64,000 bases of DNA, from positions 3,328,001-3,392,000 of the forward strand of contig OZ253470.1 of NCBI GenBank assembly GCA_965261735.1, read 5' to 3'. Numbering within the stretch: position 1 is the first letter of the stretch; every line of letters begins with the position of its first letter. The notes below the pieces were generated by a model. That model was not told where the DNA came from. It ran no database searches and saw only the letters and a program-made list of their open reading frames with translations. The DNA is from Alphaproteobacteria bacterium (GTDB lineage Bacteria > Pseudomonadota > Alphaproteobacteria > SHVV01). The position numbers and the translations under genes are program-made. Shown here one piece after another: positions 21,582 through 32,439 of this stretch.

Positions 21582-21850
21582 TTAGGGGTCTAAAGGGGAC
21601 GAAGAACTGTCATCGTTGGACATAGCCCGGTGGATGATATATGCGACCTTCTCCGCCGCTTCGACAAGGTGCGCATCGGAAAGGTGGGCGTAACCCGCCG
21701 TGGTTCGGTGCCTCCGATGACCAAGTAGCTTGCCGACCAGTGGCAGGTTCTCACCCGCCATGACCGCCTGGCTGGCCGCCGTGTGGCGCAGATCGTGCAG
21801 GCGCAGGCTGCCGAGCCCGGCAGCGGCGCAGACCATCCGCCAGCACGTTG
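21582..21850 (-). pseudogene. tyrosine integrase C-terminal fragment
   Basis: RLHDLRHTAASQA...GKLLGH...TAGYAHL. Confidence 0.85.
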
Positions 21851-22019
21851 CAAGGCTGTAGGTGCCCCTGCCTCTGCGTGGCGCGGGAACAGGGACGCAT
21901 CCGCCTTGTGCGCGCCGGGCAACGCGGCTGTTATTCGGCGCGCAAGTTTGACCCCACAGAATCGTGCGATATCAAGGGCTTGGCGTGTCGACCGGCGTCG
22001 AACCCTCGTGCCGAACAAC

Positions 22020-22270
22020 ACCCTCAAGTCAGAACTCGGCCTGCGCCCCATCTTCCACCGCACCCAGGGGCGTTCCGACGGGCATCTGTTCATCACCGTG
22101 ATCGCCTACCAGATGGTGCAGACCATCCGCCGGCGTCTCGGCGAGCAGGGAGAATACGCCAGCTGGGCCAGCCTCAGAGCCATCCTCGAAGGCCAGCAAC
22201 GCGTTACCGCGACCTTCCAGCGCAAGGACGGACGCACCCTTCACGTCCGCAAGGCCACCCGCGCCGAGCC
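22020..22270 (+). pseudogene. IS1634 family transposase C-terminal fragment
   Basis: LKSELGLRPIFHRTQGRSDGHLFITVIAY...GRTLHVRKAT. Confidence 0.75.
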
Positions 22271-22725
22271 CCTTCCCTCGACCGGCATTACCCGGCGTCG
22301 TCGGTAGTACGGGCCCATCCGCCACCCCGCCGGCCCGGCCTGGCCCTCACGGGCTGCCGGTTTGGTCCGTGCAAGACCACAGCCGGGGCTTCCCATGTTG
22401 CCTCTTCTCTCATCTTCCATGCGTGCCGGCACCACTACCCCGGCGGAAATGAACCGATGCCCGCGAGGCTCGCTTCCCGATCCACCATCCGCCTTCCCCT
22501 TGTTTAAGGTGGGTCGGCTTCCGCAACTACCGTTTCGGGGCCTGCACAGTGCTCGCTTGCGCTCCGGCCCGCATGGTCGCTGAACTGCTCACGCGGCCCT
22601 TTGACACCAGGGTGCTTCAGTCCATGTCGTTACCTCCATAAACCGCCCTGCCTGCTACCAACCGGAGCCTCAGGTGTTGGGCGGGGTTCGCACCCGCCAG
22701 AGAGAAGCGCCTTACCATGGCGCAC
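22270..22725 (-). ncRNA. group II intron 5' fragment (approximately domains I-III)
   Basis: - strand starts GTGCGCCATGG (GUGYG) at 22725 and ends in GGGTAATGCCGGTCGAGGGAAGGG, typical of domain III; no RT ORF follows. Confidence 0.75.
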
Positions 22726-22801
22726 TTAAACTTGGGTTAACAACACGCTGGCCTCACCGCACATCTTCGGGAACAATGGATCATCGACATCGTCACCGAC
22801 A

Positions 22802-23845
22802 ATGGGGTTGATGCGTATGACCAGATTTTTTGATCGCTTGTTCCGGTTTCGTGCGGGCGAGGGTAGAGACCAGCAGGAGGATTTCTTTACCGAGGTCTTC
22901 AGCGGTGTTTTGAAGCTGTGCCCGGAGCTCGCAACCGACTTTTCGGCTCATCTTATAGGTAGAAGTTCCACGCTAACTGCACTGGACATTTCGACACTAA
23001 AAACCCAGAAGTCTTTCCCAGGAGGCCGTCTCGATATGTGGATCGAGGCCAGTTGCACCGGAAATCGCCACGTTGTCGCTGTAGAAAACAAGATCGCTTC
23101 CAGTGAAGGTCCTTGCCAACTTCGCAGATACGAGAATTATCTGGCGGAGCAGGATGCAGTCAGCAAGACCCTCGTTTACATCACGCGCGCATCGGGAACG
23201 AATTTCTCCGGTGGGCAGAAGGGCGTGCGTTTTGTCTCCTTGACATGGAACGACGTGTATGACTGGATCAAGGATTGGATGAGAAACTGTGCACCAGACG
23301 GGTGCTGCGGCCGTTTGTTGATTGAACAACTGTTGGCACTAATGGTAGACTGGAGAATGACTATTTCACTTACCGCCAGCGACCTTTCAGGTGCGACCAC
23401 GTATTGGGCGTCAACTCATGAAACGCTTTGGCACATACTCGAATTGGCTTGGGGCGACAGCAAGCTCAGCGACGTTGCGGATGGCCTGCAATGGAAGAAT
23501 AAGATGCAAACAAACCTCTACTATGAATCCCTCCCGATCCCGAATGTTGGTGTCTGCCTGTACTACGGTTTTGATTTTGACCGTACCGACGAACGCTGGA
23601 ATGTGAGAGAACTCCTGATACCTTCCGCATATGTAGCACTTTATCTGGGCGAAGATCAAACCCTCCAAGGCCAGATAGATCTTTCTGATGACTGGAAATC
23701 ACCAGAGCAAGGGGAATTGAACAGCTGCACTCATGTACGACAGCTCAGCGAGCTGGTTCAGCTCAGTCCTTCCCTTGGTCATGTGTACCTTAGGTTTTTC
23801 ACAGAATCGCTCAACGAACTTGTCTGTCTGTTTGATCGCACCTAG
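22802..23845 (+). CDS. PD-(D/E)XK nuclease family protein (PDDEXK_4-like)
   Basis: EDFFTE...GRLDMWIE...VAVENKI...QLRRY. Confidence 0.75.
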   Translation: MGLMRMTRFFDRLFRFRAGEGRDQQEDFFTEVFSGVLKLCPELATDFSAHLIGRSSTLTALDISTLKTQKSFPGGRLDMWIEASCTGNRHVVAVENKIASSEGPCQLRRYENYLAEQDAVSKTLVYITRASGTNFSGGQKGVRFVSLTWNDVYDWIKDWMRNCAPDGCCGRLLIEQLLALMVDWRMTISLTASDLSGATTYWASTHETLWHILELAWGDSKLSDVADGLQWKNKMQTNLYYESLPIPNVGVCLYYGFDFDRTDERWNVRELLIPSAYVALYLGEDQTLQGQIDLSDDWKSPEQGELNSCTHVRQLSELVQLSPSLGHVYLRFFTESLNELVCLFDRT

Positions 23846-24039
23846 TGTTCCGTCGAGAAATATAGTCCGGCTGAAATCTCTTGAAGAATGGGCGAGACGA
23901 GCGAATTGTTCGCCTGATTTGACGCTGTTGCGGTGGGACAGAGCCACCCTCATAAGTATCATCAGATCGTGGCTATCCGCTTGTCTCACACACCCACTAG
24001 GCCGAACTTCCCCGGCAGATATTGATCTACGTCGTTGCG

Positions 24040-24340
24040 GTAGCTCTTGAGCGCCGAGGGTGTGACCACGAGACAGTCCAGAAGCGGGCGGCGCCCGCCG
24101 CGCCACGGGAAACGCGCGGTCTCTTCGAGCGGCAGGCGGGCCAAGACAAGTCGGTGCAACCAGGCAAAGTTGGCAGCGCCTGCGGCCGGTAGAGAAAGAA
24201 GCCGAAGGCTTTGGCGGCGAGTGCGGCGGAGGACTCCGGGCTATCGAACTTGCCGCTGGCGGTCTCGTTGCCGGGCCCAGCGTTGATGACTCGTTCGATG
24301 TCCGCACCCGGAACGCCTGCTGGTAGAAACCTGTTCCCCG
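24040..24340 (-). pseudogene. degraded putative restriction endonuclease fragment (PGN_0703-like)
   Basis: GPGNETASGKFDSPESSAALAAKAFGFF, followed by a frameshifted RFPW...LLDCLVVT segment. Confidence 0.45.
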
Positions 24341-25201
24341 GTGCCGTAGCTGCGGGCGCCGAGCCGCGACCTGCGAAAGGCAAGTCGCTGGCGAAGCTCT
24401 CGAATCCGGTGATGAGGCCAAGGAAAGCCTGCCGTGGTCACGAGATTGAACCCGACCGGCTACGGGACGATCGACGTCGCGCTGGGCAGCCGTCTAGCAT
24501 GGCTCGGGTGGACGAGAGGGGAAGGCGTACCCGACGGGTGATGGAACGGCGGCTGGGCGAAGGCATCGCGGGACTTTCGGCCCCAGGTCTAGAATGCCCA
24601 TACGGGAAAGGTGTACTGATTTCGTGCAAGGTGGACACGGTTGACAAGGCTGGCATGTTGGACATGGAATTTGTCAGCGCATTCGAAGGAGTGAGCACCA
24701 TCACTCCCCGATGACGAGTCGAGAGATTGTGGCACAAGAGGGAGTGAATTGTTGAACGAGCTATTGGAGCATATCAACGGAATCGATGATGTTCGAGACT
24801 TATTATACATCTTCTTGGCAATTCCTGTTCTTATTTTGCTCGTTTGGCGGTCTGTTAGCGCCAACAGGCAGGCCAATGCAGCGTTGGATCACGTAAAGTC
24901 CGTTCAGGAACAAGTTGCGTTAACGCAAAGGGATTCGCTCAATCAACGATTTCAGTCTGCGTCCGATATGTTGGATAGCGAAGTTCTATCGACCCGGATC
25001 GGAGCAGTGTACTCCTTGATGCGTCTAGCAGAGGATAGGCCGGAAGAGTTTCATATTCAGACCATGATTCTCTTGTGTGCGTTCTTGAGAAATCCTCCAT
25101 CATATGCGAGCGAGAGCGAGAGGGTCGCTTTTCGTGACGATGTGCATACCATATCGCGATTATCAAGTTGACATAAGCCGTACGACCAGTACGCTGCTGG
25201 C

Positions 25202-25936
25202 ATGGGCATTGAAGTGCCGATCAGCCTCTCGGGCGTGGTTGCGCCATTGGTCTCCTTCGTGGTGCGCGTGATGCCGAAGTGTGTGCGGAAGTGCCGCCCT
25301 TTCAGCGTCTTGGGGCTGTGGGCCGCGGCTCGGGAGCTGCGACGCCACTTCGACGCTACAGACGCCAAATACGACAGGTACGTTCATTTGATAGCCGTTG
25401 AAGGAGCGTCCGCTGTTCTTGGGCGCTTTGACATCCCTCATCCGGAGAAGAAGGTGGGGCCGAGTGTATGGCGGGCCTTTCTTGCACCTATTGTTTCCGC
25501 TGCGGAACAAGGAGATATCAAAAAAGCAAGGGCGGTAATGTCGAACGAAGAATGGGGCTTCATATGGGCACGCCCCAACTTCGGCACAGCATCGGCGCCG
25601 CCGCCCTCGATAGAGCCAACCGCAAGCGTCCCCGATGATGTAGAAGCCGTAAAACTTAACCCTGGCAATGGACGGCGCGTAGTCCGTCTCATCATGAGTG
25701 CATCAACGGAGAGAGAGGTCGAAGACCTTTACGGGGATTTTAGGAGCGCGTCACACAAGACATCGGAAAGCGAAGTCTTTGCTGCCTACGCCCTGGAAAA
25801 AGATCGCCTACTCAACGGTGATCAAGATGAAGATTGGTGGTGGGATTTCTACGAGGCGGCCGGGAAACTCGAAGACCCAGATGAGGTGATACGGGCGCTC
25901 TATAGGTTGGAGAAGGAATACCCGGATGAAGGATGA
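25202..25936 (+). CDS. IS1595 passenger protein of unknown function
   Basis: 244-aa ORF inside the IRs, convergent with the transposase. Confidence 0.75.
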   Translation: MGIEVPISLSGVVAPLVSFVVRVMPKCVRKCRPFSVLGLWAAARELRRHFDATDAKYDRYVHLIAVEGASAVLGRFDIPHPEKKVGPSVWRAFLAPIVSAAEQGDIKKARAVMSNEEWGFIWARPNFGTASAPPPSIEPTASVPDDVEAVKLNPGNGRRVVRLIMSASTEREVEDLYGDFRSASHKTSESEVFAAYALEKDRLLNGDQDEDWWWDFYEAAGKLEDPDEVIRALYRLEKEYPDEG

Positions 25937-26159
25937 CACCTACCCGCCAGAGATCGCGTGGCGACGCTTCGACGCGCTTCTGCGCCGAGCCCTTAGAAGC
26001 GGGCCACCAGATCGGCGAAGATCGAAGCAGGACGCTTCCGGCGATTGTAGCGATACTCAAACTCCTTCACGTACTTCTGAAGGTGTTTCGCCGAAACGTG
26101 AACGTGCGTCCCGCGAATCGACAGCTTCAGACGCGCCCAAAAGCCCTCGATCCCGTTAA
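25926..26159 (+). CDS. small conserved ORF coupled to the passenger and antisense to the transposase 3' end
   Basis: YPPEIAWRRFDALL is conserved with the ORF at 61248-61493. Confidence 0.5.
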   Translation: MKDDTYPPEIAWRRFDALLRRALRSGPPDRRRSKQDASGDCSDTQTPSRTSEGVSPKRERASRESTASDAPKSPRSR

Positions 26160-26847
26160 CGTGGCAGTCGCCGTCCACATATTCCCCTGCTCCATGGTTC
26201 ACCGTCTCGTGCTCAAAACCGGCCTTAGACAGCCCGCTGTAGGACTTCAGTTCGTCGGTATGGATCGTGCTACCTTTCTCGACATTCTCTTTGATGATCG
26301 GTTGAAGGGTTTTCTTGCGCACGTTCGGCACCACGTTCGCCATCACGTCGCCGTTGCGCTCCAACATTCCAAACACAACAGTCTTGTTCGGAGCGCCCCG
26401 CCCGCGCTTGCCGCCAGTCGTTCGACCGCCGACATAGGTTTCGTCGGCCTCGATATCGCCGTCCAACGGCCACTCGCCGTCCGTATCGGCCATGTGTTTG
26501 CGAATCTCATGCGCCATACGCCACGCCGTCGGATAGGAAATATCCAACTGGCGCTCCAGTTCCTTTGCGGGCACGCCGTGCCGGGATATCGAGAACATGA
26601 ACATCGCATAGAACCACTTGTGAAGCGGCAAGCGCGTGCGGTGCATGAAGGTGCCGGCGGTTGGGTGAAGATGATGGCCGCAATGCTGGCAAACGTAGCC
26701 GCGCTCTTTCGTCATGCGATAGAACTTGCCGAATGCGCCACACTTCGGGCAGTCCAACTCGGTTCCACCGTAGCGCGTCACCAGCAAGTGATGCAGGCAC
26801 GCCTCATCATCTGGGAACTGCTTCTGGAATTGGTAGAACGTGGTCAT
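25993..26847 (-). CDS. IS1595 family DDE transposase
   Basis: Zinc ribbon CPKC...CQHC, EADETY, HTDE, NGIEGFW, EFEYRYN. Confidence 0.95.
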   Translation of the reverse strand: MTTFYQFQKQFPDDEACLHHLLVTRYGGTELDCPKCGAFGKFYRMTKERGYVCQHCGHHLHPTAGTFMHRTRLPLHKWFYAMFMFSISRHGVPAKELERQLDISYPTAWRMAHEIRKHMADTDGEWPLDGDIEADETYVGGRTTGGKRGRGAPNKTVVFGMLERNGDVMANVVPNVRKKTLQPIIKENVEKGSTIHTDELKSYSGLSKAGFEHETVNHGAGEYVDGDCHVNGIEGFWARLKLSIRGTHVHVSAKHLQKYVKEFEYRYNRRKRPASIFADLVARF

Positions 26848-27713
26848 GGCGATCTCCTATTTCCAATATATGGGGAGCGTCTCCTCTTATGTCAAGTTGA
26901 TAATCGCGTACCATATTGCAGGCACTGAAGCGACGATCGAAGTATGCCATCAATCTTGAGAAGGATCAAAAGTTTTACATGGATCTTACGGGAGTAAGAC
27001 TTGTTGGAGATGCCCTGAGACATTCCCAATTCAGCCGCGCGCAGTTTACGGGTGCCGACTTGTCAGAGGCGTATTCTGAGGGGACAAATTATTCACACTC
27101 TCACTGGGAGCACTGCAATCTGAGGAAGGGTCGGTTTGTGGGGGCAAATTTCTTTCTAGCAGGCATGTTCTCCTGTGATGTCTCGAGCGCAGATTTGCAG
27201 GGCGCGAATTTACACCGATCGCATTTTCACCGCTCCACAATGTGTGGCACCAATCTAAAGTACGCGCGAATGACTGGAGCATCATTGAGTGCGACCAATC
27301 TGACGGGTGCTTGTCTCTATCTTTGTGACTTGTCTGGAGCGCGAATTGAGTCCAGCAAATTACACCGGGACGGGACGGTGGACGAAATAGAGACCTTCTG
27401 TACGGTTACTCAAGCGCAGTTAGACGAGGCAACCGCCGATACCGAGAATCCACCGAAAATTGCACCGGGTACCATTGACATCGAGACGGGACAGGACGTG
27501 GCATGGAACATGAGCAAGAGTGAAGAAAACTGGGAGAAGCTTACGGCTCTGAAGCAGCAGGGAGCGGACCGCGACAATCGGGACACGACGTGAGGCAGCG
27601 GTCCGAAACTGTTGTTCAATGCGGGACTTCGACGTTGACCAGCCCTCCAGAGCGTCGATTACTCATGGTTAGGAGAGGTCAAGGACCTGGGTCGGTCAGC
27701 GTACGGGTGCAGC

Positions 27714-29225
27714 ATGAATGTCGGTGTCCAGAGAGACGGTCAGCTTAACGATGATGCGAATGGCTATCCGGCGGATCCGATCCGTGAGGAAATTGGGCTG
27801 CCGCGCAACGAGTCGGCGGTGCTGGTGGAGACCGTTCTTGCCGAATTCCGCTGGACGCTGGCTGCGGAGATCAAGCCCGCTTCGTTCGGCGGATTCCATC
27901 AGCGCTGCGAAGATCTGCGCCGGGCAGAGCGTGATGCCCGTTCGCTTGCGAACTCGCTGACGAGACAGCTCGACACCTGCCGGTTCAAGCTCAAGGCGGC
28001 CGTCGCTGAGGCGAAGGAGGCTCGCCGCCCGATGCACTTCCGCGCCGAAGATCGGGTCGCGGGCCACGAAGGCGTTGGAGCGCAGGGTCAAGTTCCAGGA
28101 CGATGAAGTCGCCGATCTTCGCCTGTCGTTGCGCAGGTCTCACGAGCACCGGGAGTGGACCGCGGCGGGGCACCAGGACGAGATCAACTGGCTGAAGAAG
28201 GACATCGATCGAGGGAGCTCGCAGATTGTGAATGTGTCCCGAAAGGGCGACCGTGCGGCTGAGTCGCTGCGCAAGCAGTTCGACTGGCGGCTCGCGGCGG
28301 CCAGGCGGTTGGTGGGGCCCGGGAGGGCACGATCGCGTGGATGCGCGAACGCAACAACCGGCTGCGAGTGGCGATCATGCGGGCCACGGAGTTGATCGCG
28401 TCGCTGCGGGAGAAGAATGTCCGGTTGCGCGCCAAGGTGCGGGATCTGACGGGCGAGAACGCGGCGCTCGCCTCACGGGTCTAGACGCTGCAAGCCCAGC
28501 TCGATAAGACGCGGTCGACCCGGAGCGTCCTGTCGAAGGCGATCTACGGCAGCAAGAGCGAACGGCAGAAGAAGCCGGGCACCGGGCGCAAGCGCGGCCA
28601 GCAGCGCGGCGCCGCCGGACACGGGCGCACCCAACGCCCCGGCCTCGGGGAGAAGAAGGAACGGCGCAACCCGCCGAAGGATGCGCGCGTATGTCCGCGT
28701 TGCGGCAAGCCCTATGTCGCCAACGGCGAGCGGTGCACCACTCTTTTCGATATCGATGTCGTGGCCCACGAAAACACCATCGTCCGGCCGCGCTACCGCC
28801 GCGGTTGCGACTGCGCCTCCTCGCCGCGCGATGTGACCGCGCCTGCGGTGGCGCGGCTGTTCGACAACACGCCCTACGGGATCAGCGTCTGGGTGTGCAT
28901 GCTCTACGAGCGCTTCGTCTGCTGCCGACCCTTGCATCGGGTCGCGGCCTAGCTGGCCGATATGGGGCTGGCGATCTCGCCGGGGACGCTGGCCGACAGC
29001 ATCAAGCGCTTTGAGCCGCTGTTCGAGCCGCTGGCCAAGGCGATCCTCGCGCACCAGAACACAGCGGCGCTGCGCCATGCCGACGAGACGACATGGCGCG
29101 TTCAGGCGTATCGCGAGAAGGGGCGCTCGAGCCGGGCCTGGCTGTGGACCTCGGTGAGCACGGACGCGGTCTACTACCAGATCGACCACTCGCGCAGCGC
29201 CGAGGTCGCGAAGGTTCTGTTCGGT
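27714..29225 (+). pseudogene. IS66 family transposase, degraded
   Basis: Coiled-coil start, KRGQQRGAAGHGRT, CPRCG, HADETTWRV, AWLW; multiple stops and frameshifts; boundaries approximate. Confidence 0.75.
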
Positions 29226-29890
29226 TCCCCGCGCGGATGTCGCCCGCCATCGACGCAAGCGCCTCGAACCCCAGTCGGCCCTGCGCCGCGTAGCCAGTCA
29301 GCACATCAAGCGCGGCGCGCCTGACCCCCTCCTTCCAGCGCCCATCGCGCACTGTCTCCTCCAGTGCACCCGCAAGCGTGGGCAACGGCTCACCGGCCGC
29401 CAGCAGCTGCATCAGCAGCATCACGTAGGACTGGTGCTCGTCGTCGCGCGCGGGGTCCGACAGGATCTCCAGGAATGTCCCTTCGAGGTCGGGCGACACG
29501 ATCACGCCGATGCCGGACACCTTCCTCGTCCCGGGCGAGCACCACCGGTTCCAGCCGACCTCCTGGCGTAGATTCCGCACGATCTCGCGCTTCTCGTCGA
29601 CCGAGTACGTCCCGGCCTCGCCGGTGTAGATCAGCCCGCTCGCGTGGTACCGGCTGAGCCTCTTCCGCGACGGCTTGCTGTGCACCGCCAGCCAGGACAC
29701 GAAGTTCTGAAACGACGGCAGCAATTCGCCGTCGAACCCGGTGATCAGCGCGAGCACCCGCCCGAGCGGCAGGCCCGTGTCCAGCAGTCCCGAGACGTGG
29801 CGGGCCGCCAGGAACTCAGCGATCTGGCTGTGCGCCGGCGCCAGCAGTCCCGGGGACACGCCCTCGAACAGACGCGTCCCCAGCACTTGC
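29225..29890 (-). pseudogene. internal fragment of a large NACHT/STAND-like protein
   Basis: RLF...PAHSQIAEFLAARH (winged-helix HxxxxEFLAA motif) followed by helical repeats; truncated at both ends. Confidence 0.45.
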
Positions 29891-30293
29891 CGTTCGGGAC
29901 CCCGTGGGTTACCGAGAACGCAGACGGGATCGGCGCACCCGTTACCCCGCGGTCAGTCGAGCCCGACCTGAGAACCGAGTCTGGCGTGGCGCACCGCCGT
30001 GATGCCGGAGCCGGGGAAGGCAGTGGCGCTCTTCGGTAGGAGCTTCAACAGGTCGATGTATTGCCGGAATGGTGCGGCGACCGTCCGCGCCTCTTCCGGC
30101 CGGGCTTGAAAACGTCTGGCGCACGCCGTTCTGCTCGGCCACTGCGCGGTGATCTTCTCGAAAGCCTGAGCCGCCATGCGGGAGTGCCCAGAAGAGCTTC
30201 GGCCATCAGCTGAGGAAATGCTATGAAACTTCCAATCTTTAACTCGACCATCAGACATCCGCAGTGGTCAAAGCACAGACTATAAAGCACAGA

Positions 30294-30794
30294 CTATAAT
30301 GGCTGACGCCCTCGCGATCGTATTTTGTTATCAGCCGTTTCTACCGTAATGACGTCTCCACAGAAGGCAAAGCAAAACGCTTTCTCGGATGACCCCATAG
30401 CATCGAAGAGAGCCTTCGAATAAATTCCCTTGACCCGCCGCATGGTGACAAGGGGCGCGACGAGCAATACAAGCCACCACCAATTCTCTGTGAAAATGGC
30501 TGACCCGATTCCGAGGACCGGTGCCAGATAGCCACCAGCAATGATCATCGTTGCCAAGTTCCGCTGATACGAACTGGCGAATAAGGAGAACATTTCACTG
30601 GATATTCGTCTACCAAACGGAGAAAGGCGGACAATGGTCCGACCGGAATACAGGTCGTTTTGCAAATCTTTAAAATGCGTGTAGGGAACCTCCACTAGGT
30701 CTGCAACATTGAGGACGACGGCATGTTTGTCAACAAAACCCGATGGGCCAAGATCGTCGATTCTCTTCTCAATCTCTTCTGTGAGTTCGTTCAT
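30294..30794 (-). CDS. hypothetical membrane protein (2 TM)
   Basis: ATG 30794, directly downstream of the ankyrin gene; hydrophobic hairpin in the C-terminal half. Confidence 0.6.
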   Translation of the reverse strand: MNELTEEIEKRIDDLGPSGFVDKHAVVLNVADLVEVPYTHFKDLQNDLYSGRTIVRLSPFGRRISSEMFSLFASSYQRNLATMIIAGGYLAPVLGIGSAIFTENWWWLVLLVAPLVTMRRVKGIYSKALFDAMGSSEKAFCFAFCGDVITVETADNKIRSRGRQPL

Positions 30795-30835
30795 CTTTCG
30801 CCCCAGCTTGCCCTTCTGAGTGCACCGTCGACCGC

Positions 30836-32155
30836 TCACTCAAAGCGCGCATCGTTGAGCCGCCAATATGCGTCTGTTCCCTTGAGTGCCTTGTTCTTTT
30901 GAGCGTTGTCCCAAGGTATCTCACCTTTCTTGTTGCGTGCCTTGGGGTCGGCCCCAGCATCAAGCAGCGCCATAATCAACGCCGGAGATATTCTGTACGC
31001 CGCCCAGTGCAGAGGCGTCTCGCCGAAGCTGTCTCGGGGGTCCGCCGCTGCGCCGAAGGCCAGGAGCACCTGAACCGCAGCGACAGACTCATTGTCCACG
31101 GCGAGGTGCAGTGGCGTGAGGAGGAGGTCGTTGCTGCGCGCATCGAGGCTGGCCCCGGCGTTCAATAGCGCCGTGATCACCTTAGAATGCTTGTTATTCG
31201 ACGCCGCCAGGTGAAGGGGGGTCAATCCACCTTCGGCCCGCGCTTCCAAGCTGGCGCCGACATTGAGAATTGTCTCCACCACCGGAACTGTACGACTCCC
31301 TGATGCTGCAACATGCAGAGGTGTCCAGCCTCGCTTGCTCCTTGCCTCTAGCTTCGCCCCAGCTTCCAGCAAAACCGTGATCATTTCTGCAGAAACACTG
31401 TGGTGTGCTGCCGCGTGGAGCGGTGTCCATCCATCGTCATCCCGCGCTTCCAAGTTTGCTCCGGCATCCAATAGCATTGCGATCGTCTTGGGTGAGTCGC
31501 CGAAGCCTGCGACCGTGTGGAGTGGTGTCCATCCGCTTTCATTCCGCGCCTCTAGGCCCGCCCCAGCGTTGAGTAGCGTTGCGAGTACTGCGGACATCTG
31601 ATTGCTTGACGCGGCTTTATGCAGCGGCGTCTGGCCGCCCATGTCGTCACGTGCCTTCAGATCCGCTCCGGCATCCAGAAGCACCTTGACCACCGCAGGG
31701 GAAATGCTGCCCTCCGCAGCTTGGTGAAGGGGTGTCCTGCCGAAACGATCCCGCGCCGCGAGGTCCGCGCCGAAATTCAGGAGTGCTGTCACAACCGCAG
31801 GCACGGTGTTGATCGCCGCCGCATGGTGCAGAGGGGTCTGGCCGAATTTGTCTCGTGCTTCTAGTTCCGCGCCCGCATCCAGGAGCGATGTGACCAATGC
31901 AGGGGACTTGGTTAGCGCTGCTGCGTTGTGGAGGGGCGTCTCCTCATAACCGTCGCGGTCACTCACGTTAGCTCCCGATGCGATGCAGCTCACCACGTCC
32001 TCCGCCGTGGCGTTCTCGAAAAACCGCGAGGTGTTCCAATCGGCGCAGGACACCTGCGCAAACGCGAGCGACGACCAGACGGCGAAGAAGATGGCGTAGC
32101 ATCCGGTCCCCGGCGTGACAGGTATTGATCGCATGGTCTTTGTGATTCTACACAT
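30836..32155 (-). CDS. secreted ankyrin repeat protein (10 repeats)
   Basis: Ten TPLHxA repeats, signal peptide ending SLAFA|Q, N-cap CADWNT...FF, C-terminus AYWRLNDARF; start codon uncertain. Confidence 0.92.
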   Translation of the reverse strand: MCRITKTMRSIPVTPGTGCYAIFFAVWSSLAFAQVSCADWNTSRFFENATAEDVVSCIASGANVSDRDGYEETPLHNAAALTKSPALVTSLLDAGAELEARDKFGQTPLHHAAAINTVPAVVTALLNFGADLAARDRFGRTPLHQAAEGSISPAVVKVLLDAGADLKARDDMGGQTPLHKAASSNQMSAVLATLLNAGAGLEARNESGWTPLHTVAGFGDSPKTIAMLLDAGANLEARDDDGWTPLHAAAHHSVSAEMITVLLEAGAKLEARSKRGWTPLHVAASGSRTVPVVETILNVGASLEARAEGGLTPLHLAASNNKHSKVITALLNAGASLDARSNDLLLTPLHLAVDNESVAAVQVLLAFGAAADPRDSFGETPLHWAAYRISPALIMALLDAGADPKARNKKGEIPWDNAQKNKALKGTDAYWRLNDARFE

Positions 32156-32439
32156 ATGGAGACGTCACATCTTTTATTACGAATCAAGTAGTTAAGAGGA
32201 AGCGGACACGAAAGGGTGGCGTCGACAAATGCTAGCTCCAAGCCGAAGCGGTTGCCAGCTTGGCGCAGGCGTCTTGTTTTTTGGCGCATTTCAGCGACAG
32301 CAAAGTAGATAACATTAAGGAAGTATTGTTGCACCGCCATATGAATCCCTGGCGTGATCTGACTGGGGGTTCCTTTCACCCATTGCCTAGGAAGAGACAA
32401 GTCCGGCCCGGCGGAGACCGGGCCGGAACGGAGCGCTCA

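Larger units (their letters stand above)
25155..26908. mobile_element. IS1595 family transporter IS, copy 1 (1754 bp)
   Basis: 23-bp IRs CGCGATTATCAA(G/C)TTGACATAAG; 8-bp TSD TACCATAT at 25147-25154 and 26909-26916. Confidence 0.95.
24749..27593 (+). pseudogene. membrane-anchored pentapeptide repeat protein split by an IS1595 element
   Basis: N-terminal TM + RFQSASDML...RIGAVYSLMRLAED. Removing the element and one TSD restores VHTI|LQALK in frame with pentapeptide repeats (ADLS/ANLH/TNLK); about 360 aa in total. Confidence 0.85.

Noticed and set aside
25933-26928. Long + strand ORFs conserved in both IS1595 copies (also 61261-62205)
   Set aside because: Antisense shadows of the transposase; conservation is explained by the opposite strand.
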